A stretch of DNA of 64,000 nt from assembly GCA_040954595.2 (NCBI GenBank), contig CM082592.2, forward strand, positions 11,751,912 through 11,815,911, written 5' to 3'. The notes beneath the pieces were generated by a model. That model saw only the letters and a program-made list of their open reading frames with translations, was not told where the DNA came from and ran no database searches. Both the position numbers and the translations under genes were made by a program. This stretch comes from Balanoglossus misakiensis (lineage: Eukaryota; Animalia; Hemichordata). This document shows, piece by piece, positions 48,301 to 61,275 of the stretch. The stretch's first letter is position 1, and every line of letters starts with the position of its first letter.

Positions 48301-49054
48301 ATCACATCCTGACAGGATCATGGAGAAAGAATGACAATTTACAGGTGAGATTTCACCCAATCTCTTCTCAGGATGTTAGCGTGAATGAGCCAGTTGTTTG
48401 TGTACACTGGGAATGTCATCTGGCAATCGTATTTAATCTGTAGTACAGTACATATGACGTTCTTCTGTTTTTCAGATCTGGGATTACGCTACTGGTTCTA
48501 TCATCAAATTAGTGCCGCAAGATTTCACCAACTCCCTGGTAAGTTTTGAGTCAATTTATCTATCCTTCACTCAGTTGAGCAACAGAAACATTGTTCTCAA
48601 TGTATTTATATTCGTGTTTCCTTGTGTGTGTGTTAACCTGTGATTTCAGTGTCCTCATAAATACATGTATGAACTGTTCTGTTTCCAGCTGTATTGTGCT
48701 CAATGGCTTGGCAGGGATTACATGGCTGTGGGTGGTTGTGAACAAAATGTTGCCAGAGTTATAGACAGAGGAACACTACAGGTTAGTTGGAATTTGTGCT
48801 TTGATTCCATAGTTTTTAGTGCTTTGATTGGTGGATTGCCTAGTCACATGCTTCCATATTGTCTGTTTGATTGGCTGTGATTCTGCAACTCATTTATTTT
48901 CTTCTGTCTCCTCCAGACAACAGGGAGAATTGTTGATCTTCCTGGTGGTGTATACTGCATCGATAATGACCATCGCGGAACCCATCCACGTCTTGCCGTA
49001 GGGTCTGCGACCAACATCTATGTGTTGGACAAGAAGCCTGTCCCAACATCTTAG
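39336..49054 (+). CDS. Uncharacterised WD40-repeat protein, ~352 aa, 9 exons
   Basis: Exons 39336-39445, 46718-46802, 46935-47073, 47353-47542, 47805-47945, 48245-48344, 48476-48538, 48689-48781, 48917-49054 (1059 nt, phases consistent). WD motifs: FVTSGSDDKIYVYD, GHRSRVFAVQFHP...FISGGWDDTVQFWD, GPHICGDSLDID...ILTGSW..LQIWD. Confidence 0.88.
39581..39593. promoter_or_regulatory. RFX X-box (GTTGCCTAGCAAC) in intron 1 of the WD40 gene
   Basis: Near-perfect palindromic X-box ~245 bp after the ATG. Confidence 0.65.
41756..41812. repeat. Inverted repeat with a 28-bp perfect palindromic core
   Basis: TCTATACGTGTACA|TGTACACGTATAGA (41770-41797), with imperfectly complementary flanks AGGCAAAAGTTTAC / GTTACTTTTGTCT. 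Confidence 0.85.
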
Positions 49055-50186
49055 TGGACTTCCCACCTTCCATTCCATGTGGCTAGTCAAATGCAACAGT
49101 CACCTGATGGTCACTTCAGCCATGTTGTATTATTGCATTTGAAAGATCGTTCCTCCATTGTGGTTGCGCAGCCTGAAAGGTTGTGCAGTACGAGTACTAC
49201 TCTTGAAACAGAAAAACAAATAAGACTTCTTCCATATAATTTAGGATGCATGTTCAGTTTATTTCAAATGGCCTGTTTTCTTATTCCACATCTGAAGCTC
49301 TCCAATCTCCCCATGTCCTTGTACCGGTATATGGTTGCACCCACTTGAAGTGATGCCATGGGGATCAAACCAAAATTGTGGTTACGAAGGGGTATATATG
49401 CTCACAAACTAAAACCGTAGATTGTACAACACAAAAGAAAACTAAAAATATGTAAAGTTCCAATATTTGTATAAAGGAATGATTTCTATTTATGAAATCA
49501 CAAGAAAGAAACATTCATGGTTAAAAATGCATATCAAATGATTTTAAACAAAAGAACTGGGAAATGCAATGATAGAGGGTGCTATGCTACCCAACTTCAA
49601 CTAGTTTACATTCATGTATTTCAGTCGCTTCTGTTAGTCTTCCATTTTGTATTTCTCATTTTCTAAAGTTTTTATGCAACTTAGTTTCATTTATGCATGT
49701 TATGGCTTTTGTTGCCAAATCTTTTTTTTTTATAGAAAAGATATATTTCTTTCATCAAAGACACTTATAGAACTTCCCTCCACCGAAATATTGAGATGCA
49801 TCTTCAGTGTTGATAGTACTAGAACTGGTAAATATTTATATAAATTTGAAAAAAAGAAAAAAATCGAAGCCAGTTATTTGTGCCTCACTTGTACTTGACT
49901 TAACTAGACTTCCGTCCAAATGGAATGTAATTATCAACCATTTACTAGTATCTATTCTGTGATAGCTACACTTGTTATACAAATATCAGCCATGTTTCAA
50001 TGGCACAGACATTACAATTGTTTTTTCATTCACAAAGACAGTTATTGTTGGTTTATTTCATGGGTTGGTGTTTAATATTATTGTATACCTTGACAAATAT
50101 GTCAAATTTATCGATACATATTCTGTAAAAATGAAATGGTGTAAATTTTTCACTAGCTGGCTTGTATCATTGAGTTTTGTGAATTG

Positions 50187-50192
50187 AATAAA
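50187..50192 (+). terminator. Candidate polyadenylation signal of the WD40 gene
   Basis: AATAAA (overlapping ATTAAA) after a ~1.1 kb AT-rich 3' UTR-like region. Confidence 0.5.
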
Positions 50193-50676
50193 TTAAAGGA
50201 TTCTATTCCTGACTATTCGACATGATGTAACTTTGATATTGCGCCATTTCTTTTGTTAAAATCATCATCACACACACCCCACAAAAAATGGCGACGAAAC
50301 ATCAGTAATGGATCCACAGTTTTATTGCAAAAGAAAAATATAATTGTGTGCAGCACGCAGGCAACAAACAAATGTTCAACACTATTGGCATGGCCAGCAC
50401 TTCACAAAAATCCATGGAACTCCAGTGTTCATCAGCATGATGCATCAGAGAATGAATTTCTTATTCTATAATCTTGACACAGGTCCAAGTGTGTGTATAT
50501 CTTCTACGATAATTTCTAAAGGCACACTCTGATATGCAAGAGTTTTCACCAGAAAGTACAAGTATCAGTGCATGACCAGTTCTCTGAGAAAACATCGCTC
50601 TTCACTACATGGTCCATCCATCCACAGTCCCTCCAAGAGGGAGGGATCATGATCCATCATACTTCAGGGCATAACA

Positions 50677-51359
<683 letters not shown>

Positions 51360-51477
51360 GATTTTTTCCTCCTGTGTATTTATGTTAAAGCTGCATGGGG
51401 CCTAGGTTTGGTGAATCGTTCGCTGGTTTGTTTTTACTGGCAAACTTGTCACCGTCTGCTCTGATAATATCGTCTGC

Positions 51478-51486
51478 CACTTCCGG
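51478..51486 (-). promoter_or_regulatory. ETS/GABP site (CCGGAAGTG) upstream of LYRM9
   Basis: Exact motif ~120 bp upstream of the ATG; common at nuclear-encoded mitochondrial genes. Confidence 0.5.
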
Positions 51487-52035
51487 GTGAAGGCGCCATC
51501 AGTGTTCAACATCTCATAAATTTTCGTATAAAATCTTGGTGCTTAGTACCGTACCATGCTTGTTTGTAGGCGCCTTTACTAACTTTCTCGTTTACCGTTA
51601 TCAAACCATTATATACTCAACCAACAGCACCACCACCAAACAAACAGACAAACAAACAAACACCAGTTCATAAAATGATCATGAGTTTAATATATCTTCC
51701 AATGCTTACTGAAGAGGTTCTGTCTGAACCTTAGTTGGATCTTCTCACCGAGAATTGTAAAATTGTGAACTGAAAAAGTGTTATACTGTTCAAGAGTAGT
51801 CCATTCCTTTACGGAATTTGAATGTTATCTTCTGCAGTTCGGAGTAAGATGACGATCGACCATGTCACATGATAACAGTATTTTACGTATTAAATTTGAA
51901 AAAGTTAAATAAAAGTATTTTTTTTTTACATTTCGCTTATGTCAATTATGAACATTTTGTTGTCAGCTGTTGTGACACAAACAATGCAAACTTCTAGTGG
52001 GTTGTGCGTTTTAGTCTTTCCGGTAGCTGCGGAAC

Positions 52036-53239
52036 TTAGAACGGCTCGCTTTCAACAATTTCTGCGGTATCGACCATGGTCGCCGTGCGCTCCAAGCATC
52101 GCCCGTACCAGGTTCGTTCGGTGCATGTCTCTTCCACGGTTTTTCTCAGGACAAAACAGGGAACTGACATGACGTTGTAGAAGAGATGAGCAACAAAGTC
52201 GGCCGTTGTCGTACCAACGTCTCGCAAACACCGTCTGAATCTGTCAAAGAACAGGAAAGAAGTCACCAGATTTTAAAATTGTGGTAGATTTCATTGTTTG
52301 CTATTTACGAAACTGAAAAGAAGACGAGGAGGCCTATCCTCATCCCTGATCCTCATATATGATTTTCATCAGATTAGAACAAAAAGTAAACAAAAGCAAG
52401 AATATATATCATATTCACCTGTCATCGCAGTCACAGTGATTGATGGTGTACATTCTGGTATTTCTGTAGTTGTACTTGGAGTCGAACGATTCGATATATC
52501 GGGGGCATTGGTCGTGTCTCCTGCAGCAGCGATCGGCTGCGGCGTTGTCACCCAGTTGCTCCGGATGATCAGCGGCGGTTCCCGGTCCACACCACAGGGT
52601 ACCTGGTATTCTGAAGAGATTGGCGAAGCCGCGTTTTTCTCTGCGATGTTCGGGTCTTTTCTTCTCCGTCTCGAGATCGGAACACTTTTCTTGTAAGGAA
52701 TTGACAGAGATCATGCTGGACAACTCTTTTGGTATTTCTTCTAAGCGCCAAAAGGTTTCGAAAACATCATCGTTTTCGACATGTTGTCTCTTTGTGACAT
52801 CTGTGATGTTGTCCGTTACAATCAACGCATTTGTGTCCGCTGTTTTTATCCCGTCAGCATTGTTCTTGAAGATTTCATTAATGAATTCTTCAACGATCTT
52901 CTTGTCACTATCAACATTACATAATCTCAAGTTCATGTCGCCATCAAGGATTGCTGTAACCAATTGTTCTCCATCGCTCACTCGTCGCCATATAATCTTG
53001 GCCGAATTGCTCGCGGTCGCACCATTCTCGCCATCCACCTCCTTCTCCTCGGCAAATCTTCCCGCGTGGTGTATAGTCGTCAACTTCAAGCCAGACGGCA
53101 ACACCGTGACGTTGTAGAAACCCGCCAGTGCATGCTTGTTGGTGCTGGTGACGGGCGTCGCTCCAGAACGACCGCCGTACCACGACGGGAGGTCGACGAC
53201 GAACAGCGCAACCAACGACACGAAGTCCGTGAATTTCAT
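52036..53239 (-). CDS. Group III secretory phospholipase A2 (bee-venom/PLA2G3 family), 341 aa, 2 exons
   Basis: Exons 53239-52419 and 52240-52036. Signal peptide MKFTDFVSLVALFVV..., a long pro-region ending in RREKR, then IPGTLWCGPG (Ca2+ loop), D.CCRRHDQC (catalytic His-Asp), HCDCD.RFRRCL and FYNV...PCF. Confidence 0.95.
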
Positions 53240-53353
53240 GACGGCACCAAAACGACGATTTTAAACAAAGTTACAGAGTGACCAAACTAAACCCACGGCG
53301 GACTTTCATGCAAAGGGAAGGAGTGAATGGCCAGTACCAAAAGACCTTGCGTC

Positions 53354-53361
53354 TTTTTATA
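53354..53361 (-). promoter_or_regulatory. TATA box of the PLA2 gene
   Basis: TATAAAAA on the minus strand ~115 bp upstream of the ATG. Confidence 0.55.
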
Positions 53362-54079
53362 GACTTGTCAGCTATCTCGATCTAATTATCTCGATCGTCT
53401 ATCATTTAAAGTTCAACCGGATAGCGTACCTCTTGACGGTCATCTCTTTCTATTATCGTCTATCGAGACGATCATTCGAAGTTCAGCCAACTGTCACGGT
53501 GAGGGCATCTGCATGTCTGCGAAGTAGGAAGGAGACAGGGGAGGTGATCCCGACAGAAATAAATGTACCATCAACCACCAAAATGATATCCGTTAAATTT
53601 GTCGTACCATACCAGTTAATTAAAATCAGGTATGCCAGAACAATCAAATCACAAAGGTATCAATCAACTTAAACAAATAAATGTATATCTGATCAACTTT
53701 TTTTCAGAAATCGAATTCGACAAGGAGTCCATTGCCCTCGCCAATCTTAATTCAGGGACTAATTTATGAAACCTACTTTCAGACTTCTTGCGACAAAAAG
53801 AGAAAGAACACGAACGTAATCTTTGAAACCAGCACCGTGTTTGGCATTTAATTTGAGAGATATGAAGGTTTGGCTTATCATCGCTATCTCTGTGTTGTCA
53901 CATTCGGGTTAAGATTACGTTTGATGAAGAATGGAACATGCCTGGGAACATACTTAGCCCGTGTGTCGTCTGATGATTGAAGTTGTTTGATTTTGTGATC
54001 TGGTAAATTGTTTGGCAATCGGCTGATGCGTTGGTGGAGAGTTCCATCCATACTTCTGGTCTTGTGCTGTTGTTGTCGT

Positions 54080-54080
<1 letters not shown>

Positions 54081-54161
<81 letters not shown>
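54081..54161. repeat. (GAT)27 microsatellite between the divergent PLA2 and POLDIP2 genes
   Basis: Seen directly; explains the poly-His and poly-Met ORFs. Confidence 0.95.
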
Positions 54162-54162
<1 letters not shown>

Positions 54163-54498
54163 CATTTACGTTCCCAGGTGCATTTTGGAAGTAAGCCTAT
54201 GCATTGTTTTGGCGGCTGCACTGGCGTGTTAACAATTGGATTCACCCCTCTCTAGCTCTCCCCCCGAAAATGTTAAAATGCGAAAGTTGAGTCGGGAGGC
54301 TAGGTTCCGTCCATTGCTCAGCTGAACTCATCCCGAACCACGCGTCAGCTGTGTGATCATGGAATAAACTTGACACCGACTTGGCAAACCTGTTGTCTGG
54401 TCATTTCTTCGCGGCATCAATGACCGTATGACGAATACGACGTGTTCGTCGTGTGTGTTGTGACATAGATAGGGACATAGATAGGGAACTTCAGTGTG

Positions 54499-54511
54499 AG
54501 GTCAATGACCC
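54499..54511. promoter_or_regulatory. IR1 nuclear-receptor response element (AGGTCA-A-TGACCC) upstream of POLDIP2
   Basis: Consensus RGGTCA inverted repeat with a 1-bp spacer, ~85 bp upstream of the ATG. Confidence 0.45.
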
Positions 54512-54592
54512 CTCACGTTTTTCAGAGCAAATTTGTCTCTGCAACTGTTGAGGGCGTTCTACAAATGCACCAAAACGAGGCTGGGGGACAAC

Positions 54593-57500
54593 ATGGCGGT
54601 CATGAAAATAGTGACGAACATGGTTTTTCCAGTTCTTCGTAATTCTTGCAGGCAAGACAAACCTGTGTTGATTGTCACAGTGACGAATTTAATCAACAGG
54701 AGAAAGTTTTCCCAGCGGTAAGTCTTGTGGCGTGCTCGAGTTGCACCGTACACGTAATAAAAAGATGACATGCCAAGGCAAATGCAGCAGGCCTTGATGG
54801 AAATCGAGGGTCATGACAAATCGAAAACATCATGAACACGTTTTGTGACAGAGTGAGACATGTGAGCCACACCGCCTGATTTCTTGTGTAAACTAAGTTC
54901 TCTCCTGTCACAAGTTTGAAAACATGGTGAACCCAACGAGTAATATCTCCTTAGGTAGTCCTTAGAAACCATTTGTTACTCTCGATACAAGGCCAATGAC
55001 ATTGACGCTGTGGTTCTGTAGCTCGAGGTTCGAGGACGACAGAACTAGATTATTTGGTCGTCCACTCACATTTCCAGGCAAAACGTCGAGCCACAGTTCT
55101 GCAGCAAGGTAAACGGCTGACTGTCACCTCGGCCCTTAAAACACCATGGAGCTATCACAGGCCTGCATAACCTGGTCTGAGAGTGTTTTGGCGGAGTTGG
55201 GCTTTGGCCTTGGTCGAGTTGGGCATGTTCGCTTTGGCCCTGTAGTTGTACCTCAATGTTATGACCATTCCCTATTTCATGTATGCAAGGAGAGATTTTT
55301 TCCATACAAATGTAAGTACCCAGCAGCTGTACAAGCTTTTTTCCATAACCTCTTCATTTACACGACTTGTTTCCCATTTCTGTTTAGTAGGTTAGAAACA
55401 GTTGGAAAGCTGGGACTGCCAAAGGAACAAGGGAAATACAGAACAGGCCAGGTAACATTGACGTTTGCATAAACTCATAGTCAGAGGAGCATGGGTTCAA
55501 AGCCCTGGCACGGTTGCAGTGTTGTGTTCTTCATTCCTTGATTGAAGACCTTGATATCAGATTGAATATTGAATTTACTTCCTTGACATTAAATTTATGT
55601 AGTGAAGGAAGCAGCTTTTTCACAAAGTTAAATGCTGACTGTGTCATTCTGTTCATGTTACAGCTGTTCCTTCATAAAGTGTTCGGTTATCGAGGTATCG
55701 TTTTATTTCCATGGTTTGCGAGACTGTACGACAGAGATCTGGGAGCAAACAAAGATGACAAGTGAGTACAGTTCAAGCCACAGTGGTGTCTCAGGTTGCA
55801 CATGATGCACAAGGAATGTTTTTTCCTTTGATTTTCATATGGAATGAAGATCATGTTTGATCTTGTGGGGTTTGAAACTCTAACATTTGCATACACTTGA
55901 TTTGACGACCTGACCTGACCCAATTGCAGGTTCACTGACAGTAATGGTGATCCAATACACAGTGGAAACAAAGAAGTCAGGGGCAGAACACACACTTATT
56001 ACCAGGTCCTTATTGACTCCAGAGATTGTCCATATATTGTGAGTACACTTTCCCTAAACAATTCTTGTGATACATGTGATCCTTTGTAATCCCATTGAAT
56101 TGAATTAACTTTTGGTTTGTGATATTTTGGAGGAAAACCTTAATTTGTAAAAAAATCTGAATGATATTTATTTTTCTCATCTTTATTTCCTCCCGTGCTG
56201 CCGTCACCACAGAGGGCGCAAACAGAAGCCGTCACTTTTCTGGGAAACCAGGACAACAGTAGATCTCTCTATGCAATACCAGGTAAAGTGTCACATCTGT
56301 GTAACACTGGATGTCTGATTTTGACCGTTGGGTTTTGATCTTGTTTCTCCATGGCTGCCTCTCCTATGTACTTGTACCTTCCAGGGTTTGAACAGTTGAG
56401 TTTTTTGGATGATTCAGTCTTTTTTTTCTTGCACAGGTTTAGACTACGTTGCTCATGAAGATGTCCTCCCATACACGTCGACAGAAAAACATCCCATCAG
56501 CCATGAACTCTTTGAACGTTTTGTACACTATGAGCCGGGCAGTGGTATGTATAGTGGGCAACAAGTCCAACAATTATAAATTTGTCATTTTGATGCATAG
56601 GATTACATCAAGAATTGCTAGAAATCCCACTTCTGCTATTTGTCATTTTCAAGACATTTTGCATGCAGCTGCAACAATGGAAATTAAATTCAGTGCTGGA
56701 TGGAAGAGTTACCAATTTCGAATGTGTTTTGGTTTTCAGATCCACCATATACAGCCAAGGACACACTTCGAGCCTGGCAAGAGAAAAACCACCCGTGGTT
56801 AGAATTGTCAGATGTTCACAGAGAAACAACAGAAAATGTTCGGGTCACAGTTATTCCATTCTATATGGGATGTAGGGTACGTCTACAGGCAACTGTTTAG
56901 CATCTTGCATGCATATGTACATAGCTCTGTGTAAATGAAATCTGAACGTTGCTACTATAAGGTTGATCAAGATCTAGTAAAAATACAATGCAATCCTACA
57001 TGTAGTAAACAAAGACGAGACATCATACAAATGAAATACTCGTATCTAAAATATCAATCCAGTGTTCTGATAATATTGTATTTTTTGTTTTACAGGAATC
57101 TCAGAATTCAAACGTATATTGGGTAAGTAAGTTGTTAATAGAGTGTATTTATAGTATATCTTGTGATAAATATCCAGAGAGAGGCTCATAGCATGTACGT
57201 TGGTGTAATAACATTTCCTTATTTCATTAACAGTGGAGGTACTGTATCCGAATGGAAAACCTGGGTGAAGAAACTGTTCAGTTGAGAGAAAGACACTGGA
57301 GAATATTTAGTTTATCTGGTACTTTAGAAACTGTGAGAGGAAGAGGAGTTGTTGGCCAGGTGAGTTGTTGTCTTTCTCATATCAGCTTTCATTTGCTGTC
57401 AGTTGTTAGGATCAGCATTGTTGTACCGAGCAGTCTACATTTTACCCATAATTCAATGTCTTGTGAGTTGACCCCCTAGCATAAAGGAAAAAGAGACATG

Positions 57501-58230
57501 GTACACTCTGTTTTGAACTTCGCAGTGTTCTGAATTGTGTAAATGTATTTGACTTCACAGGAACCCATATTATCCAAACCTCAGCCAGCGTTTCAATACA
57601 GTAGTCATGTGTCGTTACAAGCACCCAGTGGTCACATGTGGTAAGTTTTGAGTCTTTTATCAATATTTTTGTTCAGTGCAAGAAGTAGAGATTCTACCCC
57701 CATGACATACTCAATACCCAGTACCTTGGCTGTACAGTTATATGCGTAATGACCATTGTTGGCTAAGTTTAGAAAAAGGTCGGATTTTGCTGCATTGAGC
57801 CTGACTTTGAGCGGAAACATACGCGGAAAATATTCTCTTCGCTCGCGAGATTCTTGTCTATCATTCGCGCCCATGTCAGCAAACAGCTAGACAGCTTGTA
57901 ACACTAGAGGGCGTTTGCGGTGCGCCAGTCAGTTGATGAGCAAACATTCAAAACGCAGCGGAAGGCAAACGTGGTTACCGGGATTAACCAAATAACTGAA
58001 ACTTTAGTGAGACATAAAAACACACAAAATAAAGACCTAGTTGGCTAGTATAGTATGCCACATTTTTTTTTTTTTTTTTTGGTGTTCTGTCACATAACCC
58101 CATTGTTGTTTCCAGGGGCACCTTCCGAATGGAGAGATCTGATGGCTATAACTTTGATTGTCGAATTCCTCCGTTTTCCTTGGAGAGTAAACAAGATGAC
58201 TCTTCCAGTCCGCATGGATTCTTCGGTTAA
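54593..58230 (+). CDS. POLDIP2: Polymerase delta-interacting protein 2 (PDIP38; YccV-like + ApaG/DUF525 domains), ~351 aa, 11 exons
   Basis: Exons 54593-54717, 55391(or 55388)-55451, 55664-55761, 55930-56038, 56213-56282, 56437-56544, 56740-56876, 57096-57122, 57234-57359, 57561-57640, 58116-58230. Hallmarks: GKYRTGQLFLHKVFGYRGIVLFPW.ARLYDRD, THTYYQVLID, LRAWQEKNHPWLELSDVHRETTEN, YWWRYCIR, QLRERHWRIFSLSGTLETVRGRGVVG, SGHMWGTF. Basic, mitochondrial-targeting-like N-terminus. Confidence 0.96.
55480..55560 (+). mobile_element. Decayed tRNA-derived SINE fragment (B-box plus CORE-like segment) in POLDIP2 intron 2
   Basis: GGGTTCAAAGCCCTGG (B-box-like) followed by GTGTTGTGTTCTT...CCTTGA..GAAGACCTT, resembling the CORE-SINE motif gtgtccttgggcaagacactt. 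Confidence 0.35.
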
Positions 58231-58296
58231 GCGACTTCATTGGTCTGATGTAAAACTTGCAAGCGACTTCATTGACCTGATGTAAAACTTGCAAGC
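58229..58296 (+). repeat. 32-bp tandem duplication starting at the POLDIP2 stop codon
   Basis: AAGCGACTTCATTGGTCTGATGTAAAACTTGC / AAGCGACTTCATTGACCTGATGTAAAACTTGC / AAGC (2 mismatches). Confidence 0.9.
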
Positions 58297-61275
58297 AATG
58301 AAAGAGGAATGTGTATACTGAACCAAAGACATTTGTACAAGCATGGCAGAATATGTTTGCTTGAAATTGGCGCGCAAGCAATAAGAACAACTCCGCTGTC
58401 GATTTTCCCCCAACACTAACAACTGCAAAGCTGCCCTTTTTGGAGGTGTTACCAACTGATGCTTATTTTTTAACTTGTGTGGTTTCCATGTCCACAATTT
58501 GATAGAGACATCAACATGACTATATCATCTCATCCTATGAGTTTGCTCCAAAGGAATTTTGACGCTGACACTTTTATAAAATATAATTCATGAAACAATT
58601 GACAGTTGTGATATTCTTTTTGGTGAACTACACACGTTGTGCCTTTTAGGAGTATGGCAATGGGTTTAGATATGTCAATATTAGTATGAGGTCAGAGACA
58701 TGATTTTGTGAATGGTGTCTCTTCTCCAGAAAATGTGACACAACTCTATTCTGTGGTCTCCACAACCTCTGCACTAGGTTGAAAGAGTGGTCATTGTTTG
58801 CAAAATAAAAGATATTGTTTAAAAAACCTACTAGAATAACCAACTTAATGAGAAGGGAAAACATGCTAACTTCAAATACAGTACAAGTAATTTTTGATAA
58901 TGTCTTTTTACCGGTGTGTTTATTTTGCTTTTGTTGAATGGATGCACTATATGTTATATGATGACTTTCACAGACTTTTGTGTATATTTGATTGTTAATC
59001 ATCTTAATCATACGTGGTTAATCTGATGGACAGTCTCAGACACCAAGAGAATTAACCCTTCCATCCCCCAGTTCCCCACCAAACAGACATGCATGGAACA
59101 TTGATTTTAACAAATATATTTAACCTTGATTCAGTATTATCCAGTCATTCACTACCCACCAGATCTTGTGTCAAGAATGATAAAGTTTGTAGAACTTTGA
59201 GCAATTAATCAAGAATATTTGGGGGATTGACTAGTGACAGATAATATGAAATGTTAGAATGGCACATACAACAAATAAGGGGAAATATAGAAAGTTTATC
59301 AAACTGACATTTGAGTGGCCTTCGTGTACACGCCATCTATTGTCAGGACTTTTGGCATACTTTTGTTTTTATTGAAACGCGGAAGCAGCGAAAGTAGACG
59401 CATCAGTTGATAATTCATGGAGTGTCCGATGGAACACAAATTGTAAATAAAAAGATTTTGTCAGATCACGAGTTTTGATTACTGCTGTTTGTGTTTGTGT
59501 ACGTTACACAATATTGTCTGATGTTTGTGTTTTTGTCAGAGCGCCACCTCGCGGAAAACTTGCTCCGTGGCCCAAACTGTTTCCTGACTCTGGGGGATAA
59601 TCCATGATTGGCTTTTGAAACCTCGTTGGCAATAATGTGTCTCGTTTTGTGTCTTTGTTTTTGTGTGTGTTTTAATGTCTCATTAAAGATTCTTAAATGT
59701 TGTGGTCACGTCATCCCCGTAACCATTTTAGCTCTGGCTGTGTTTTGAACGTTTGCTTTGGCATGGACGGGCGTTCAGTGCCGGCGATCTCGCGGACCTA
59801 CATGAATACGCGACCACACGGCTTGCGCGATCGTCTAAAGGACTACGAATTCTACTGTTCTTCAGCTAATGAGAAGGTCTTCTTAATAATGGCATAAGGC
59901 AACGGGTTTCTTATATATGCCTTTAACTGTACATGCGACCGTTTTTACATTTTGATTGGCTGTGATGAATTATTTTGTGTTAACGGACATAATAACGCGT
60001 AGCTTTTTGACATGTCTGTTGGCATATTCCTTTGTATCAAAGTTCAATGTCATTTACAAAGGCATTCACTAAACACGTATTTTTGAGTTCTCTTTTCAAC
60101 CGTGATGAATCTTCCTTCATACTTGTGAATGCCCCCGACCTTGTCTTCCGTTGGAGTATCGAATTTCAGTTTTTTGGGTATAATAGATATAAAAGTTGAA
60201 ACTAATAGATTCTCACGTTTCTGGGAGATCAAATCGATGACGAAGACTCGAAAACCAGGTTTTTACTTTGTATCTGTACTGCAGCCTCCCCAATCGGCAA
60301 AACTGTGCTTGTAGTGCTCTTACACCCCTGTGCGCTGTTGTCTTTTCCTGGAAAACATAGTGCAATTCCAGTGTGTACCCACAGGGCACCGTCAGTGTGT
60401 TTTTTCCTGGTCAAATATATCTTCTCCAGCCAGGGTTATTCCCGGGCGAAGATAATTAAGGCGACGTTGAACATCATTTCGATGGTAATTTACCAATTCA
60501 CTGGTTAAATCCAGTTTTAAATGTCCCTTGTCTTCATTATACTATTCATTTTCTCTCTCACTTTCTCTATAAATATTGGCGAGCACTAATTAAATGGAAC
60601 TGCCAGAGGAGCGACTTTCCCATCGATCAGCAAAATTGCACCTTTGAGGTAAATCTCGTCAGTCTCCGTTTCAATGTAATGTTCACCAGGTGCAGATCTT
60701 GTTAAATTTGTACGTCATTGAATCGATTCGCCCTCAAAGAAATCAATCAGCCGTAGACCTTAAACTGATTATGCTGCTTCTGTTGGAAATGCAAAACTAT
60801 TTTTGACTGACGTCATCAGCACCCATTAATCGTCGTGATTTAAGCAACAATTATCATTCCCTTTACAATCAAGGTTAATCTTTTACTCCCAGAAACGAAG
60901 CGCCTCACGGGGGAATTGCTAGTTGTCAGTAAGTGATTGCAACCACATTTTGGCAATCCGAAAGACTTCAGTCTATAGTTTTCTAGTTGAGTAAAAGCCC
61001 CGGATGTGTGGAGCTATTAGTCACATGACCCCAATTGGTCGAATGGATTTTAAACAGACAATGGACAGGGGTGTATTACATATAGCTTTAATGAAACTAA
61101 ATCATTTTAATTTTCATAAAATAGATATGTCGAATCGTTATGCAATTGAGATGATATATCTCTTACAATGGTGTCCGAATTAGTTATCAATTTATACTGT
61201 CTATATACATTTGCAAAGTTTCCCGTGAAATTCGTTTTTATCATCACACCTTGTTCCGTTTCTGCGGACACTTGA

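Noticed and set aside
52620-53117. 165-aa plus-strand ORF (also 1703..1960, 9049..10045 and 61555..61863)
   Set aside because: Antisense shadows of real coding exons, with no motifs of their own.
53884-54255. Poly-His 'metal-binding' ORF and poly-Met ORF
   Set aside because: (GAT)27 microsatellite in an intergenic promoter region.
54593-58230. Bacterial-like ApaG/YccV domains as a recent horizontal transfer
   Set aside because: This is the ordinary, 11-exon metazoan POLDIP2.
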